DNA of 64,000 bases from a virus. Both the position numbers and the translations under genes were made by a program. Positions 26,857 to 37,200 of the stretch are shown here, in pieces (position 1 is the stretch's first letter; each line of letters begins with the position of its first letter). Under the pieces are notes generated by a model. That model saw only the letters and a list, made by a program, of their open reading frames with translations, was not told the origin of the DNA and did no database searches. Where the stretch lies: positions 64,001 to 128,000 of the IMG/VR virus record IMGVR_UViG_3300008952_000006. One strand, written 5' to 3'.

Positions 26857-28845
26857 TTACAAAGAAACGTCTGCCCTAATCTGAAGCTTCTTTAATCCTT
26901 GCGAGGCGCGCTCAATACCCTTTAAAGCGGAAGATACCGCGCTTTCGGGAACATCAGAAAGGCCTAGGCGGATACCCACTAGCAACTCTGCGAGCTTGGA
27001 AGCCGCCTCCTCCAGAGTAGGGATCGCATCCACATACCCCTGGATGTTTTCAGGGGTAACAAAATTCAAAGAAAGGACGGAGTCCACGGTGTTCGGGTTT
27101 GTCAGGGCGGCAGCCTCTTTTACCAAGTCAATATGGATGACTTCTGCCAGCTTCACGGCCTCGCTAGAAACAGTGGGACTTTCCTCGGGAAGCCCAAAGC
27201 TGTTCTTAGCAACAAAGGAAAAGGCTCCTTGTTTGGTGGCAGCAGCCAGTTTTTTCATAGCTCCTGCCGGTGTATCCCCAAGGACCCCAAGGAACAGTAA
27301 TGCGTCTGCAGCGTTAAGCTTAGCGTTGGCGGTTTTGTCCAAGATGGCCACAGGCCGCCCACTAAAGGAGAACTCGGAGCCATCCGAACGGAGACAAACC
27401 TCCATCATTCGGTCCTGACTGGAGGCAATTTTGTCTACACCAACAGTATCGGAAGCGTAGCGGCCTCCGAAGGCAAGAGGAACGAACACAGCGCTATCGG
27501 GAAAAAGGTAGTCATTGCCCTTGATAAGAACTGGCTGGGTTACACTTGCTAATTTCAAAGCGCCACGACCGCGCAAAGGATGATCATATAGATAGGAAGT
27601 CTCCCCATCAAACTCAACCTTATTGAGGACTTTTATAGGCTCTGTGACCGCAGCGGTCTTCAGAACAAAGACGCCATCACCGAGGGGCTCCCCGCCTGAC
27701 AGCGCCGCCAGATTCAGATCTCCACAACGAACACCGGCCACTTTTTCCTGCAACGAGGCTCCGGACTCACCAACTACCAGGCAAAGGTCCATGTCGTGGC
27801 CGTCGAAAGACACAAGGTTGCTAATCACAGCGGCGCGCTGCGCCCGACCCGTTTTAGTCATAACTGAGTACACGCCATCAGCCTTAACGGTCTTTAGATT
27901 GGCTGTTTTCTCCACCGGGACAAGCTCTTTGTTCTCAGCGGAAACAAGCAACGTGTGACCATTATTGATAACGCCCTGCCGGATCTCAACAGGGATTTCT
28001 TGCCCTTCTACATTGTTTAGGAAAATCTCCTGCGAGACCCCATCGACAGAAGCCATCTTAAGCTTGTAGCCGCCACCAACCTTGGACACAACTGTTGCGT
28101 CAAAGTCATCCATTGATTTGTGTTCCTCAACAGCGTCTTCCTTTTCGCCCATTCTCTCTGCCAGCTTCACCACAGCCGCACTAAAAGCCTCATTAAGAAC
28201 AACGGCATCCTTCAAAGATTGGTCACCAGCAACCTTTTCCAGAAAAGAGGCTACCGCTTGCGTGTCAATTCCTTTGCCAAGCGCGTCTAGGACAGATGCT
28301 TGCTTCACTGTAGTATTGACCGCAGTGGCTCCGCCACCAGTCATGGCTGCTGGATCTTGGGGCCCAAAGTTCTGAGCACCCGCAGAGGTGGCTGGTGACA
28401 TTGCGGGCGCAACAACATAGGGGCTCATGTCAAACAACGCTGCGGAGACCCTCTCCTCATTTAGTGGCAGGAAACGCCCATCGGGGGAAATGAAAACATC
28501 AAACGAGTAAGCCTTCTTGTTTTCAACAATAATAGGAATCCTAAGGGCTCGTTCATCTTGCGGGGTTTCCTTTTCGGGGGAACGGATCATCTCGCCCATC
28601 CGCGCCGCACCCGCAGGAGAAGGCATATCGGGAGCCTGGGTAACCTTGAAAACCCCGTACATATACCCAAGGCTCTGGTCTTGCCCCTCAATAGACATAT
28701 TGACCTGATACTTTCCAAGATAGGAATGCTGCTTATACAGGTGTGCCAACAGCTCACTTGGATAAGTGCTAGGGTTATCGCCAAGGATGAACTTGGATGC
28801 CGTTTTCTCAAAAGTTGGCGTTCGAAGTTTTCTAATAAGATCCAT
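26857..28845 (-). CDS. Large head core protein rich in K-x-A motifs
   Basis: Start reassigned to ATG 28845 (MDLIRKL; GAGGT RBS, removes overlap); about 15 K-x-A motifs; helical C-terminal domain. Confidence 0.7.
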   Translation of the reverse strand: MDLIRKLRTPTFEKTASKFILGDNPSTYPSELLAHLYKQHSYLGKYQVNMSIEGQDQSLGYMYGVFKVTQAPDMPSPAGAARMGEMIRSPEKETPQDERALRIPIIVENKKAYSFDVFISPDGRFLPLNEERVSAALFDMSPYVVAPAMSPATSAGAQNFGPQDPAAMTGGGATAVNTTVKQASVLDALGKGIDTQAVASFLEKVAGDQSLKDAVVLNEAFSAAVVKLAERMGEKEDAVEEHKSMDDFDATVVSKVGGGYKLKMASVDGVSQEIFLNNVEGQEIPVEIRQGVINNGHTLLVSAENKELVPVEKTANLKTVKADGVYSVMTKTGRAQRAAVISNLVSFDGHDMDLCLVVGESGASLQEKVAGVRCGDLNLAALSGGEPLGDGVFVLKTAAVTEPIKVLNKVEFDGETSYLYDHPLRGRGALKLASVTQPVLIKGNDYLFPDSAVFVPLAFGGRYASDTVGVDKIASSQDRMMEVCLRSDGSEFSFSGRPVAILDKTANAKLNAADALLFLGVLGDTPAGAMKKLAAATKQGAFSFVAKNSFGLPEESPTVSSEAVKLAEVIHIDLVKEAAALTNPNTVDSVLSLNFVTPENIQGYVDAIPTLEEAASKLAELLVGIRLGLSDVPESAVSSALKGIERASQGLKKLQIRADVSL

Positions 28846-28856
28846 TTTATTACCTC

Positions 28857-29339
28857 TTAGACCCAGGGGATTGGTGGTGACCCTGGTGTAGTTTGCGTTC
28901 CGGATGCTGCCCACAATGATAATACCCCGTTTAGGACTATTGTTGAAGGCATAGTAGTAGCTGAAGGTGGCAATGTTGCCAAAATAATTAAATTTAAGGG
29001 GACCACAGGGGGTGCGTGAACAACCGGTGCGGGTGGCGTTACGTTCCCCGGGGCCGCGCACATTGTGGCGAATACGGTAAACCCCGCCGCCAAAGTTTCG
29101 TGTGATAGAATATTAACAGCGCCCCCCTGGGCGGCTTTAACAGTCGTAATAAATAGTTCCTCTCCTGCGTCTAAGCCGAGCGGGGTCCATTTAGGTATTT
29201 CACCGTTCTTAAAAAAAGCTCGAGCCACCTTTGCCCAACCGGAGACACAGTCCATATCTTCAGCCCCGGCAGCCAGTGCACCAGATACAGCAAGCTGGAT
29301 TGCCTCATCTACGTCTGCAATGGCTGTGGCGTAAGGCAT
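28857..29339 (-). CDS. Putative spike-tip/baseplate-associated protein
   Basis: Start reassigned to ATG 29339 (MPYATAI; TAATG coupling with spike gene); Pro-rich PPAP/PPIPW. Confidence 0.45.
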   Translation of the reverse strand: MPYATAIADVDEAIQLAVSGALAAGAEDMDCVSGWAKVARAFFKNGEIPKWTPLGLDAGEELFITTVKAAQGGAVNILSHETLAAGFTVFATMCAAPGNVTPPAPVVHAPPVVPLNLIILATLPPSATTMPSTIVLNGVLSLWAASGTQTTPGSPPIPWV

Positions 29340-30754
29340 TATTTCTTCACCTTTACTGTAGATGACCCAACCTTGTTCCAGGCGGGGGGCTGCGCAGGCG
29401 TTATTTGAATCATCCCGGGACTCGTCGGTCCCCAAGCAGTCAGTACCTGAAGCTGTGTTTTCATGTAGAGATCTAGGTCCGAAAATCTAACGACGCCCGT
29501 GTCAGCCGAATCACCAAGATCAATAGTTGTGGCATTAATATCCACGTGCGGAGACTTAATCTCAACGCTGTCTAGGACGTCCATTACGACTTTCTTGCAC
29601 GCCATTTCGAATTCATTACTCTTGAGAAACTCCATGTAGGCGCTTCCGTCCGCATCCTTTGCTCCCTCACCCCAGTCAAGTCGGGCTGAGCCGTGGACTG
29701 CCGCATAGAAGTCTTTCTCTATTTCGTGACGGATGCTGCCCTTTGTAAAAACAAAGTTGTCCCCATCACGGTTTAGCTGAAACGCATAGGTTACTTTGTC
29801 TTTATTATTACCGTCATCGTGATTATAAATAGTAATACTTATAACGCCCTTCTCCTCTGCGGTAATGCCCTCCTCTGGCGGACTGCCCTTGCCCTGCTTC
29901 AGATCCGCATTTGCAAATATATGCTCTGCGTCCACCTCAGTGTCTAAAGTTTCGTCCGTAAGTCTGCCTACACGCATCTCTACCGTATACTTACCTTTGG
30001 ATACATCTTCCTGCGTTAGGTCCTTAATATTATAACGCACCAATACGGGAGTTTCTTCAGCAGTTTTGAGCGCGTTCTTCTGATTCTCGTCTAAAAAATA
30101 ATTTGAGCTTGGTACGCTCCCAGTGCCTCCGGAGGGGGTTTCTCCATATGCCAGGACGGCATGACCCCATTCAATCTCTCCTACAGGGCTGTATGCCTGA
30201 TATTTTTGGAAGTAGTCCCTAACAACATTTTCGACAGGGATGTAAATTCTCTGCGCCAAACCTGTGGAGCCAATTTGCACTATCCCGCCCCTTCGGACCA
30301 CAATTTGGTTTTCGTCTGCTGTGCCGAGGTAGATGTCCCCGGGCTCTAGCGGGTGACGAAATCCGCGCCAACTGGGGTCTGTGTCCGTTTCATCAATGGT
30401 GGCGTATCTTTCCAGGCTTCCCGAACTAGAGCCCTCCAACCGCTCAGCAAGCGCCTCAGATTCAGTGGGCGCTACCGTGGTGGGGTTCAAAACAAAGCCT
30501 AAAATAAAGTGTGTCCCGTCCCCACAGGTACACACATAACAAGTAGAATCAATCTCAGGCATGAAGTGTACGCCGCCGCCATGATCTCGGTGGCAGTAAG
30601 GGGTTGCAAACGGGATAGGGCCCAATGGTCTAAGGGAGAAAACGGTTTCAAGATCCACAGTCCAATTCTCAAAGTTAACCGCAGTGACTCTAGCCAACGT
30701 TATATTTGCAGGCCCATTAGCATCGGAAACAGTCTTTGCGTACGGATCAGGCAT
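29339..30754 (-). CDS. Baseplate central spike (gpV/gp5-like)
   Basis: N-terminal OB-fold pattern (ARVTAVN..TVD..MPEIDS.C.V..FILGF); C-terminal short beta-strand repeats ending GSSTVKVKK. Confidence 0.7.
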   Translation of the reverse strand: MPDPYAKTVSDANGPANITLARVTAVNFENWTVDLETVFSLRPLGPIPFATPYCHRDHGGGVHFMPEIDSTCYVCTCGDGTHFILGFVLNPTTVAPTESEALAERLEGSSSGSLERYATIDETDTDPSWRGFRHPLEPGDIYLGTADENQIVVRRGGIVQIGSTGLAQRIYIPVENVVRDYFQKYQAYSPVGEIEWGHAVLAYGETPSGGTGSVPSSNYFLDENQKNALKTAEETPVLVRYNIKDLTQEDVSKGKYTVEMRVGRLTDETLDTEVDAEHIFANADLKQGKGSPPEEGITAEEKGVISITIYNHDDGNNKDKVTYAFQLNRDGDNFVFTKGSIRHEIEKDFYAAVHGSARLDWGEGAKDADGSAYMEFLKSNEFEMACKKVVMDVLDSVEIKSPHVDINATTIDLGDSADTGVVRFSDLDLYMKTQLQVLTAWGPTSPGMIQITPAQPPAWNKVGSSTVKVKK

Positions 30755-33700
30755 TAATACGGCCCCTTTGTAAGCTTATCCTTCTTGCCAAATTCCGCAG
30801 AGAACGCAAGTCCGGGCGCTGGGTGCAGCCCGTGGATATCAGACTCCCAGCCCTCGTTTGCCGCACGGATGAATGTTTCTTTTAACTTCCTGTACTGAAG
30901 TCTGGCAAGCCAATCTGTTGTTTGGTCAAGCGGTAGTGTTTCTACACCGCGCAACATCGGCTCAGTCTTTATTGGATTTTTCATAGCCTTGTTCAAAGAG
31001 TTCGCATGTGACAAGGAGATGTAGTCCCCACGGATAAACTTGCTGGAATCGCCGGGGTCTGTGACCTTTCCAAGGTTAGTTAAAGCTTTCGTGACCACCT
31101 CAACATTTCTCTTCTTAATGCCCTCCTTCTCGTAGACTTTATGTATCTCGTCTGCGAGGTATCTCTGGACTGTTTCGATATTTGTTTTCTCTAAAAGCTC
31201 GTGCGGGTTTATGATCCCACCAGTCAGCGACTGACCGCGCCTAACCTTTGCGCCGCTCTTAACGGAGACCTCTAGGTTGCCCGGTACGTAGACTTCCTGA
31301 TTACCAATAGTAATGTCATGTCCACCGATTGGGCTTACCTTTACAGAAGATATGGTGCCAGTTGCAGGCGAAAGAATAGCGGAATTAGCAAGCTTTTCTG
31401 GCATTTTTAATAATTGTGAAACACGATGAATCCCGCTAACTACGGAGCTTCCGCCTCCCGCAACGCCACCGGTATGGAATGCCTTCATGGATAGCTGAGT
31501 GCCCCGCTCACCGATAGAGGTCCCAGCAATAAGACCTATATTGACCCCCTTAGCAATTGGGTTGCCATTGTCCGCAATACCGTAACACTTGGAACACAGG
31601 CCCTTGGAAAGCTCACATTTTAGAGGCGACCGGACGAGGACCTTGTCAACTTTTGATGACCTAAGTCTAGAGAGCATATTAGGGGTAATAAGTGACCCAC
31701 TCGGTATTTTTAATCCAGGTGCGGACACGGGCTTCGCAAGGTACCGGTCTACAATGTCTGAGTCAGCAGCCGCCAACGCAATGCCTCTTGTTGTTTTGCA
31801 GTCATCCCCAGCTATAACGTAAGATATAGTAGTATTAGCAATTTGCTTGTTCAAAGCTCCCGGAAGCTGGACGGACTGCACCTTTTTTATCAGGCCTGCT
31901 CGAGCACCAGAAGTGGTAACCCAGTAGTCCGACGATTGGAGTCCCTCAGCATATGACCTAGATACGGGGACCGGTATTACCCGACCTTTTGCGTTCTCAA
32001 CAAGCATTGGCGAAAGCAGCATTTGTTGAAGTTGCGCCCAAGAAGGTTTTACGCCAGCACTCTCCATAGCTTTTAACTTATTGCCACTCTTATCGAGGAG
32101 TTTTTTGGCCTCCACGCTCATGGCTTTAGATGCGGCAGTGTAGAGATCAACAAGCTTGGCGTCTCCCGCCTCCCTCGAAATCATGTTCAGGCCTACCTGT
32201 TTTTGTATCACAGATTCTTGCTTACGAGCGACCGCCATATGCTTTTCTCGGATATCCCTTAGAGACTTGAAATCGTCAAGACCAAAGGAGAAACCAATAT
32301 TGTATGCGTGACCAAACCCTAACTCTTTTATCTTATCAGCAGTATCCGCAAACTCTGCTGGTGTCTTCGTCGCGATGTCATGTAGTATATTTTGTAGTAG
32401 TTTTTTATCCACAACAGCGGTTGGATCTGTCAGGTAGCGGTCTGACTGAACTTTCTTAGGTAGCTTGCTATTAAAAATAATACGGCCTGCGGTCGTTTTG
32501 GACGCTCCGACCTGGACAACATCGCTCATGCTGATGTTTCCTTCTTTTGCGTCTTTAAGGGCATCTTTCGAGTTTCGGTATGACTTTTTCACATCCTTGC
32601 CCCACTTAGTAAGCAGGTAGAGTCCAAGCTGTCCCTCCAGGGTAGGTTGGTACATTACCCGCCCTGTTGCGGGGTTAAACAAGTTCTTAGATGGCATCAT
32701 CTTGTAAGACTCGTCTACTGCCTCCTGCGAAACCGGAACAAACACAGCCATAGTATCCCCGTCAAAATCAGCATTAAACCCACCCACCACAAGAGGGTGG
32801 ATATGAATTGCTGACTCTTTATGGAGACGTGGCTTAAAAGCCATAATCCCAAACTTATGGAGGACGGGGTCTCTTTTGAAGAGAACAGGACGCTTACTGA
32901 CTGCAACATCCAGCGCTTTGTTTGCTAGGGTGGTGTTCTTCTCCACCTCTTCCCGTGCCTTCAGAGGGGAGTACCCCATCTTCACAAGCTCTTTGACCAC
33001 GAAGGGCCGGTAAATCTTCATGGCCCCTTTTCTGGGTAGGCCCATCTCATCCAGGTGTAAGTTCATGTCAGGAACGATGACAGAGCGCATACTGATGTCT
33101 TGCCGTCTATCTACGAGCCTCTGTAGAAAGAAACTCTGCTTAGGGCTGGATCTCCCTGAGAGTATATGGAGTATGCCTGGGGGAGCGGGCTGCCCGTCAA
33201 CCGTGACGCTACCCTGGGTGGCTGTTTGAACCCCCATCAAGGCCTCTGTGGCCTCGTACAAGTCACTCCGCAAACCGGCCACCGCGCTCTCTGGAAGAAC
33301 TCCTTTGGCTTCATCAAGCTTCTTGTTTAGCAGGGCGATATCTCGGTAGAGCATGTTAACGCCGTCGATGTTTAGGTCCCCGCCCTCCATTGCCGTGATC
33401 GGCCTAAACAGGGGCGGTAGTACGGGCACGTTATCTATTACGTAAGCTTCCTCAGCGCTCAGCTTGTTTTTCTGTAGCATCAAGAGGTATTTAATCTTCT
33501 TGTTTACGCGGTCCAGGTCACTGCGCCGAGCTGTCTTAATCTGCTCTTTAGCGGCGGCCAGATCCCCTTCTATATCTACAGAAGACAACCTTAGAGCAAG
33601 GGCGGACGGTCCAGACGCAGTGTCTTCTGTGGCCTCAACCAGATTGCCCTCGGAGTCGAAGCCAAGCTTGCTTGCTATAATCGCGTCATACTCCTTGCCA

Positions 33701-36700
33701 GTCAGCCCTAAGAGAGACCGAATACCTTTTTCAAACACAGGGTTTGGTAGGGACGAGGCAAGCGCTATGTGGGACCAGTTTTTCCCCCCAGGCCCACCAG
33801 TGATATCCTCATCAAAAAGACCCCCCTTTTCAGGCTTTAGATCCTTTCCTCGGATAACGCGACTGCCATCCTTTATCTCACCGCTAGACATAGCCACAAT
33901 CTGCTTGTCTGTAAGAGGTGAAACAATGAGACCGTTTCCATCCTTCTCAACGTTCAACCCAAGAGCATTCATGTACGCTAGGAACTTCTCATAGGCAAAT
34001 GACGGCTTTGGCGACGGCAATATGGCACCAGTCTGGATCGCGGTCCAAACCTCGTCTTGGGCCTTGTCTCCCTTGTATGTAAGAGCATCTCTGATATTGG
34101 CCGTTGCGCCATGAGCAAGCATAGCGTAGAGGCCAAGCTCACCAAACCTTTGGGCCCCACCAGTTTTACCGCCGCTCTTAGGCACAAGATTGGCATCGTA
34201 GTCATAGCCATAACCATGAGACCTAGCGCTTAACTTCTTGTCCACTTGGTGCATCAGCTTAAGAAAGTACTGGTGACCAACCAAAACCGTGCCAAGACTT
34301 TTCCCTGTTTCGGGGTCAAAAAGTTCACGGGTCTCCGAGAGCCCCGCACCCTTCAGAGCAGCGTCTACCGCATCACGGTAACCCAACTCACGCTCATGCT
34401 CCTTAACCTCTACCTTCTTGGGGCCTGACTTTGTCTGTATGGTCCGAGTGTGTGCTTTAACACGGATTACCTTCTTTCGGTCATCTGACTGAAAGTTCTC
34501 AACCGCGTAGGGCTCACCGTTAGCAGCGGCAACATTCCCTAAAGCAGTCTCTAAAACTTGGCCTGGGTTGATCCGGCCAGGAACCCCAGAAGGGTTTAGG
34601 GCGATCTGGAGGGCGTTCCCATCAGAATCTTTGGGCATCTCCTCATCCGGTATTACAGCCGTGATGACCCCTTTATTCCCGTGGCGGCCAGATAATTTAT
34701 CACCAATGTCTGCGGGTTCTTCTGTCTTGACATGCACCAAGACCTCTCGCCCATTGCGAACGACGTCAGTAACCTCGCCACGATAGGGTTTATCCCAAAC
34801 AACTGACTTGTTCTTATAGGGACGCACCAATGACTTGTGTATGCCACGTAGAAGTAACTGTTCCTTGGAGGGCTCAACCTTCTGCAGGACTGTTGTGATT
34901 ACGTCCCCAGGGTTGACGATCTCACCCTTCTTGATGACTCCGTCAGCATCTAGCTTGGTGGCGTTTTCCTCTGAGATCGAACCTGGGTAATGCGCACGAA
35001 ACTTCTTAAGGCCCAGAAGCATGGTTTTGTCTACATAGGCGCGTTCTTTGTGCAGGTGGACACTTGTTAATTTCTCTGACGCAGACTCACTAATAACTAT
35101 ACCATCCTCAAACACCAGCCCCTTGTATGGTAAGTAGCCCACCCGCAAGTTCGTTCCCAAGGCCAAGGTTCCATTATTAGTGAAATTAGTATCAGCAATG
35201 ATTTGGCCCTCGGAAACCCTATCGCCCTTCTTAACTAAGGAGTTGCTGGTAATAAAGGCCTTCTTGTCATTAAGGGGGAAGTTATCGTATAGCTGCACGT
35301 CATGTTTCTTCCCGTCTGCGCTTTTTATGATGACCTTCGAGGAAGATACAGAAGACACAAAGCCGGAAACAGGTGATGAGTGCGACGTAAACCGACCCAC
35401 AATCTTCTCCCAAGTAGAGTAATCCTCATGCTTGTTACCAGACACAACCTGCACCAGTGGCTGCTCTGGGTTTTTTAAAGAGATAGACTGTGAAAGATGC
35501 CGAGTGGCCATGCCTGCCCGGTTTGCTTGATCCGAGGGTAAAAAAGGAACCAGATTAGCAGTAATAGAAAACATCTGCTTGGGTGACTCTAGTACATAGT
35601 CAACTTGGTCTGCCGCGACCTTGCTGGGGTCTTCACCGCCAGCAGGAATGACCACCACGTGATCGCTCTTCGGAGTGAGCGATTTGTTGGGGCCCTTTGA
35701 GTACTGATCCGAGAAGGCCACGTTCCCTACCGACAGCTCAGATGGGGACTTCTCGACGTATTTTCCCGCGTTAACATCGAATACCCTTATCCGTGGCGTT
35801 ACGCCCTTTTTACGGACCCCAAGGGAAAGGTGCCCACTAATGCCTGACCGTTTTCCTTCCGGGGTGTGTACTGGGTCGATAAACCCTAGAAAACTTGAGT
35901 CAATAAGCTTGGCCTCTTCCGAGATTGCTGCATCGCTCTGGATCCCCCCAGTACCCATAATGGTAGTTCGTAAGAAGCCGCCCATCATATCTACGGGGTT
36001 AACTTGGGATGTTTGTTGGGATAAGGACGTTGATGTAAAGAAAGCCTTGATGGGTACGTTAAAGATGTCGGGCGTCACAATGGCCCTGACGTTATCTTTA
36101 CGGTCCAGATTGTTCATCATCTTGTACGTGATTCTTCTCTTGGAATTCTGGATACGCTCAGGGATATGATTGTCAATTGACCAAAGCTCTTTAAATTGCA
36201 GCGAGTCGCGATTATCAACTTGAGCAGTGCCTTTGTTTATATCTACTAATTTCTGAGAAGATGCTAGAAGGGCCCCGCCTGTTACCGAGCTAAAGGCTTG
36301 GCCTAGCGTAACGGCAGTCGTGTCCTCTCGCAGACCCGTGTCCTTGAGCACCTCTTGTATGACGGGGGTTGCTTCCGCATCAGTTTTTACAGGCACGTTC
36401 CTGGCTAGGGCTCTGGATAGCTTAACAAGCTCGCCTCTTTTCTTTGCAGCCACAGCGCTCGTATACAGCTCTGGGCCCCAGGAAGACCGTATCGTATCGT
36501 CATCTACGCCCAGGGCCTGCAAGACTGGGAGGAGTTGGACATTTGTTGAGCCGTAAGACATCAAAAATCTTCGTTTGGTTGGGTCAAAACCAAGCCGGAA
36601 ACCGCGCCCTTTAGTTAAGTTGAACTGGGACTCGAGGTCACCGTTTGCCTTACGTCTGGCATAAACACCGGACTTCAAGCGCCACTGGTTGTCCGCTTGA

Positions 36701-37029
36701 TATTCTGTCCCGTCTATGATGTAGCTATATCTGCGTGTGATCTTTGGGAGGTTTAGTACCTTGAGTTTTTTATTGGAACTGACGACCTTCCCTGTCGCGT
36801 TGTCAACAAGAGAAAAATCACCAAAGATACCTTGCGCCCAGGTGCGGCCTCGGAGACGCGCCTTCTTCTGGCTTGCGATGTCGTCCTCATCCACAGGGTC
36901 ACCAACGTATATTTCCTTGGCCACAAGTGTGTGCTTCTTCCCTACCAAGGGAAAGAACCGTTTAATTTCTTCTATCGTCCCGTCTTCAAGGGTTTTCATC
37001 ACCCTCTGGGGATCGAGCACATTAGACAT
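30754..37029 (-). CDS. rpoBC: Single-chain multisubunit-type DNA-directed RNA polymerase (beta and beta' fused)
   Basis: beta motifs DPVHTPEG, LVPFL..D..NRA.M, FEDG, GDKLSGRHGNKG, NPSGVPGRIN, KL.HQVDKK..AR, GAQRFGE; beta' motifs PVLPP..RP, RSVIVP, R.P.LH, NADFDGD, RSPLKC..C..CYG, SIGERGTQLSM..FHTGG; one uninterrupted frame. Confidence 0.95.
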   Translation of the reverse strand: MSNVLDPQRVMKTLEDGTIEEIKRFFPLVGKKHTLVAKEIYVGDPVDEDDIASQKKARLRGRTWAQGIFGDFSLVDNATGKVVSSNKKLKVLNLPKITRRYSYIIDGTEYQADNQWRLKSGVYARRKANGDLESQFNLTKGRGFRLGFDPTKRRFLMSYGSTNVQLLPVLQALGVDDDTIRSSWGPELYTSAVAAKKRGELVKLSRALARNVPVKTDAEATPVIQEVLKDTGLREDTTAVTLGQAFSSVTGGALLASSQKLVDINKGTAQVDNRDSLQFKELWSIDNHIPERIQNSKRRITYKMMNNLDRKDNVRAIVTPDIFNVPIKAFFTSTSLSQQTSQVNPVDMMGGFLRTTIMGTGGIQSDAAISEEAKLIDSSFLGFIDPVHTPEGKRSGISGHLSLGVRKKGVTPRIRVFDVNAGKYVEKSPSELSVGNVAFSDQYSKGPNKSLTPKSDHVVVIPAGGEDPSKVAADQVDYVLESPKQMFSITANLVPFLPSDQANRAGMATRHLSQSISLKNPEQPLVQVVSGNKHEDYSTWEKIVGRFTSHSSPVSGFVSSVSSSKVIIKSADGKKHDVQLYDNFPLNDKKAFITSNSLVKKGDRVSEGQIIADTNFTNNGTLALGTNLRVGYLPYKGLVFEDGIVISESASEKLTSVHLHKERAYVDKTMLLGLKKFRAHYPGSISEENATKLDADGVIKKGEIVNPGDVITTVLQKVEPSKEQLLLRGIHKSLVRPYKNKSVVWDKPYRGEVTDVVRNGREVLVHVKTEEPADIGDKLSGRHGNKGVITAVIPDEEMPKDSDGNALQIALNPSGVPGRINPGQVLETALGNVAAANGEPYAVENFQSDDRKKVIRVKAHTRTIQTKSGPKKVEVKEHERELGYRDAVDAALKGAGLSETRELFDPETGKSLGTVLVGHQYFLKLMHQVDKKLSARSHGYGYDYDANLVPKSGGKTGGAQRFGELGLYAMLAHGATANIRDALTYKGDKAQDEVWTAIQTGAILPSPKPSFAYEKFLAYMNALGLNVEKDGNGLIVSPLTDKQIVAMSSGEIKDGSRVIRGKDLKPEKGGLFDEDITGGPGGKNWSHIALASSLPNPVFEKGIRSLLGLTGKEYDAIIASKLGFDSEGNLVEATEDTASGPSALALRLSSVDIEGDLAAAKEQIKTARRSDLDRVNKKIKYLLMLQKNKLSAEEAYVIDNVPVLPPLFRPITAMEGGDLNIDGVNMLYRDIALLNKKLDEAKGVLPESAVAGLRSDLYEATEALMGVQTATQGSVTVDGQPAPPGILHILSGRSSPKQSFFLQRLVDRRQDISMRSVIVPDMNLHLDEMGLPRKGAMKIYRPFVVKELVKMGYSPLKAREEVEKNTTLANKALDVAVSKRPVLFKRDPVLHKFGIMAFKPRLHKESAIHIHPLVVGGFNADFDGDTMAVFVPVSQEAVDESYKMMPSKNLFNPATGRVMYQPTLEGQLGLYLLTKWGKDVKKSYRNSKDALKDAKEGNISMSDVVQVGASKTTAGRIIFNSKLPKKVQSDRYLTDPTAVVDKKLLQNILHDIATKTPAEFADTADKIKELGFGHAYNIGFSFGLDDFKSLRDIREKHMAVARKQESVIQKQVGLNMISREAGDAKLVDLYTAASKAMSVEAKKLLDKSGNKLKAMESAGVKPSWAQLQQMLLSPMLVENAKGRVIPVPVSRSYAEGLQSSDYWVTTSGARAGLIKKVQSVQLPGALNKQIANTTISYVIAGDDCKTTRGIALAAADSDIVDRYLAKPVSAPGLKIPSGSLITPNMLSRLRSSKVDKVLVRSPLKCELSKGLCSKCYGIADNGNPIAKGVNIGLIAGTSIGERGTQLSMKAFHTGGVAGGGSSVVSGIHRVSQLLKMPEKLANSAILSPATGTISSVKVSPIGGHDITIGNQEVYVPGNLEVSVKSGAKVRRGQSLTGGIINPHELLEKTNIETVQRYLADEIHKVYEKEGIKKRNVEVVTKALTNLGKVTDPGDSSKFIRGDYISLSHANSLNKAMKNPIKTEPMLRGVETLPLDQTTDWLARLQYRKLKETFIRAANEGWESDIHGLHPAPGLAFSAEFGKKDKLTKGPY

Positions 37030-37059
37030 CCGTCCCTCCGTGCTAACACGGTGCGTTAG

Positions 37060-37072
37060 TTAGGTATAAGAA
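37060..37072 (+). promoter_or_regulatory. Candidate promoter motif copy 1 (TTAGGTATAAGAA)
   Basis: Intergenic; matches copies at 41073 and 57035. Confidence 0.45.
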
Positions 37073-37113
37073 CTATGGGCAATATAGCCCTCATAAGAAA
37101 AGGAGTACTGTTG

Positions 37114-37197
37114 ATGAGAGAAGCAAGCAAAACCACGCAAGCCTCGACAACCGAGGATCTGGCAGACGCAGTCGAAAAATCCCTGAGCGGTAAGTAA
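37114..37197 (+). CDS. Putative 27-aa peptide (alternative start 37075)
   Basis: AAGGAG RBS; MREASKTTQASTTEDLADAVEKSLSGK. Confidence 0.35.
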   Translation: MREASKTTQASTTEDLADAVEKSLSGK

Positions 37198-37200
37198 AAG

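Noticed and set aside
30754-37029. Host chromosomal rpoBC fusion (Helicobacter/Wolbachia type)
   Set aside because: Much shorter and more divergent than cellular fusions, no ribosomal-protein neighbours, flanked by portal and baseplate genes
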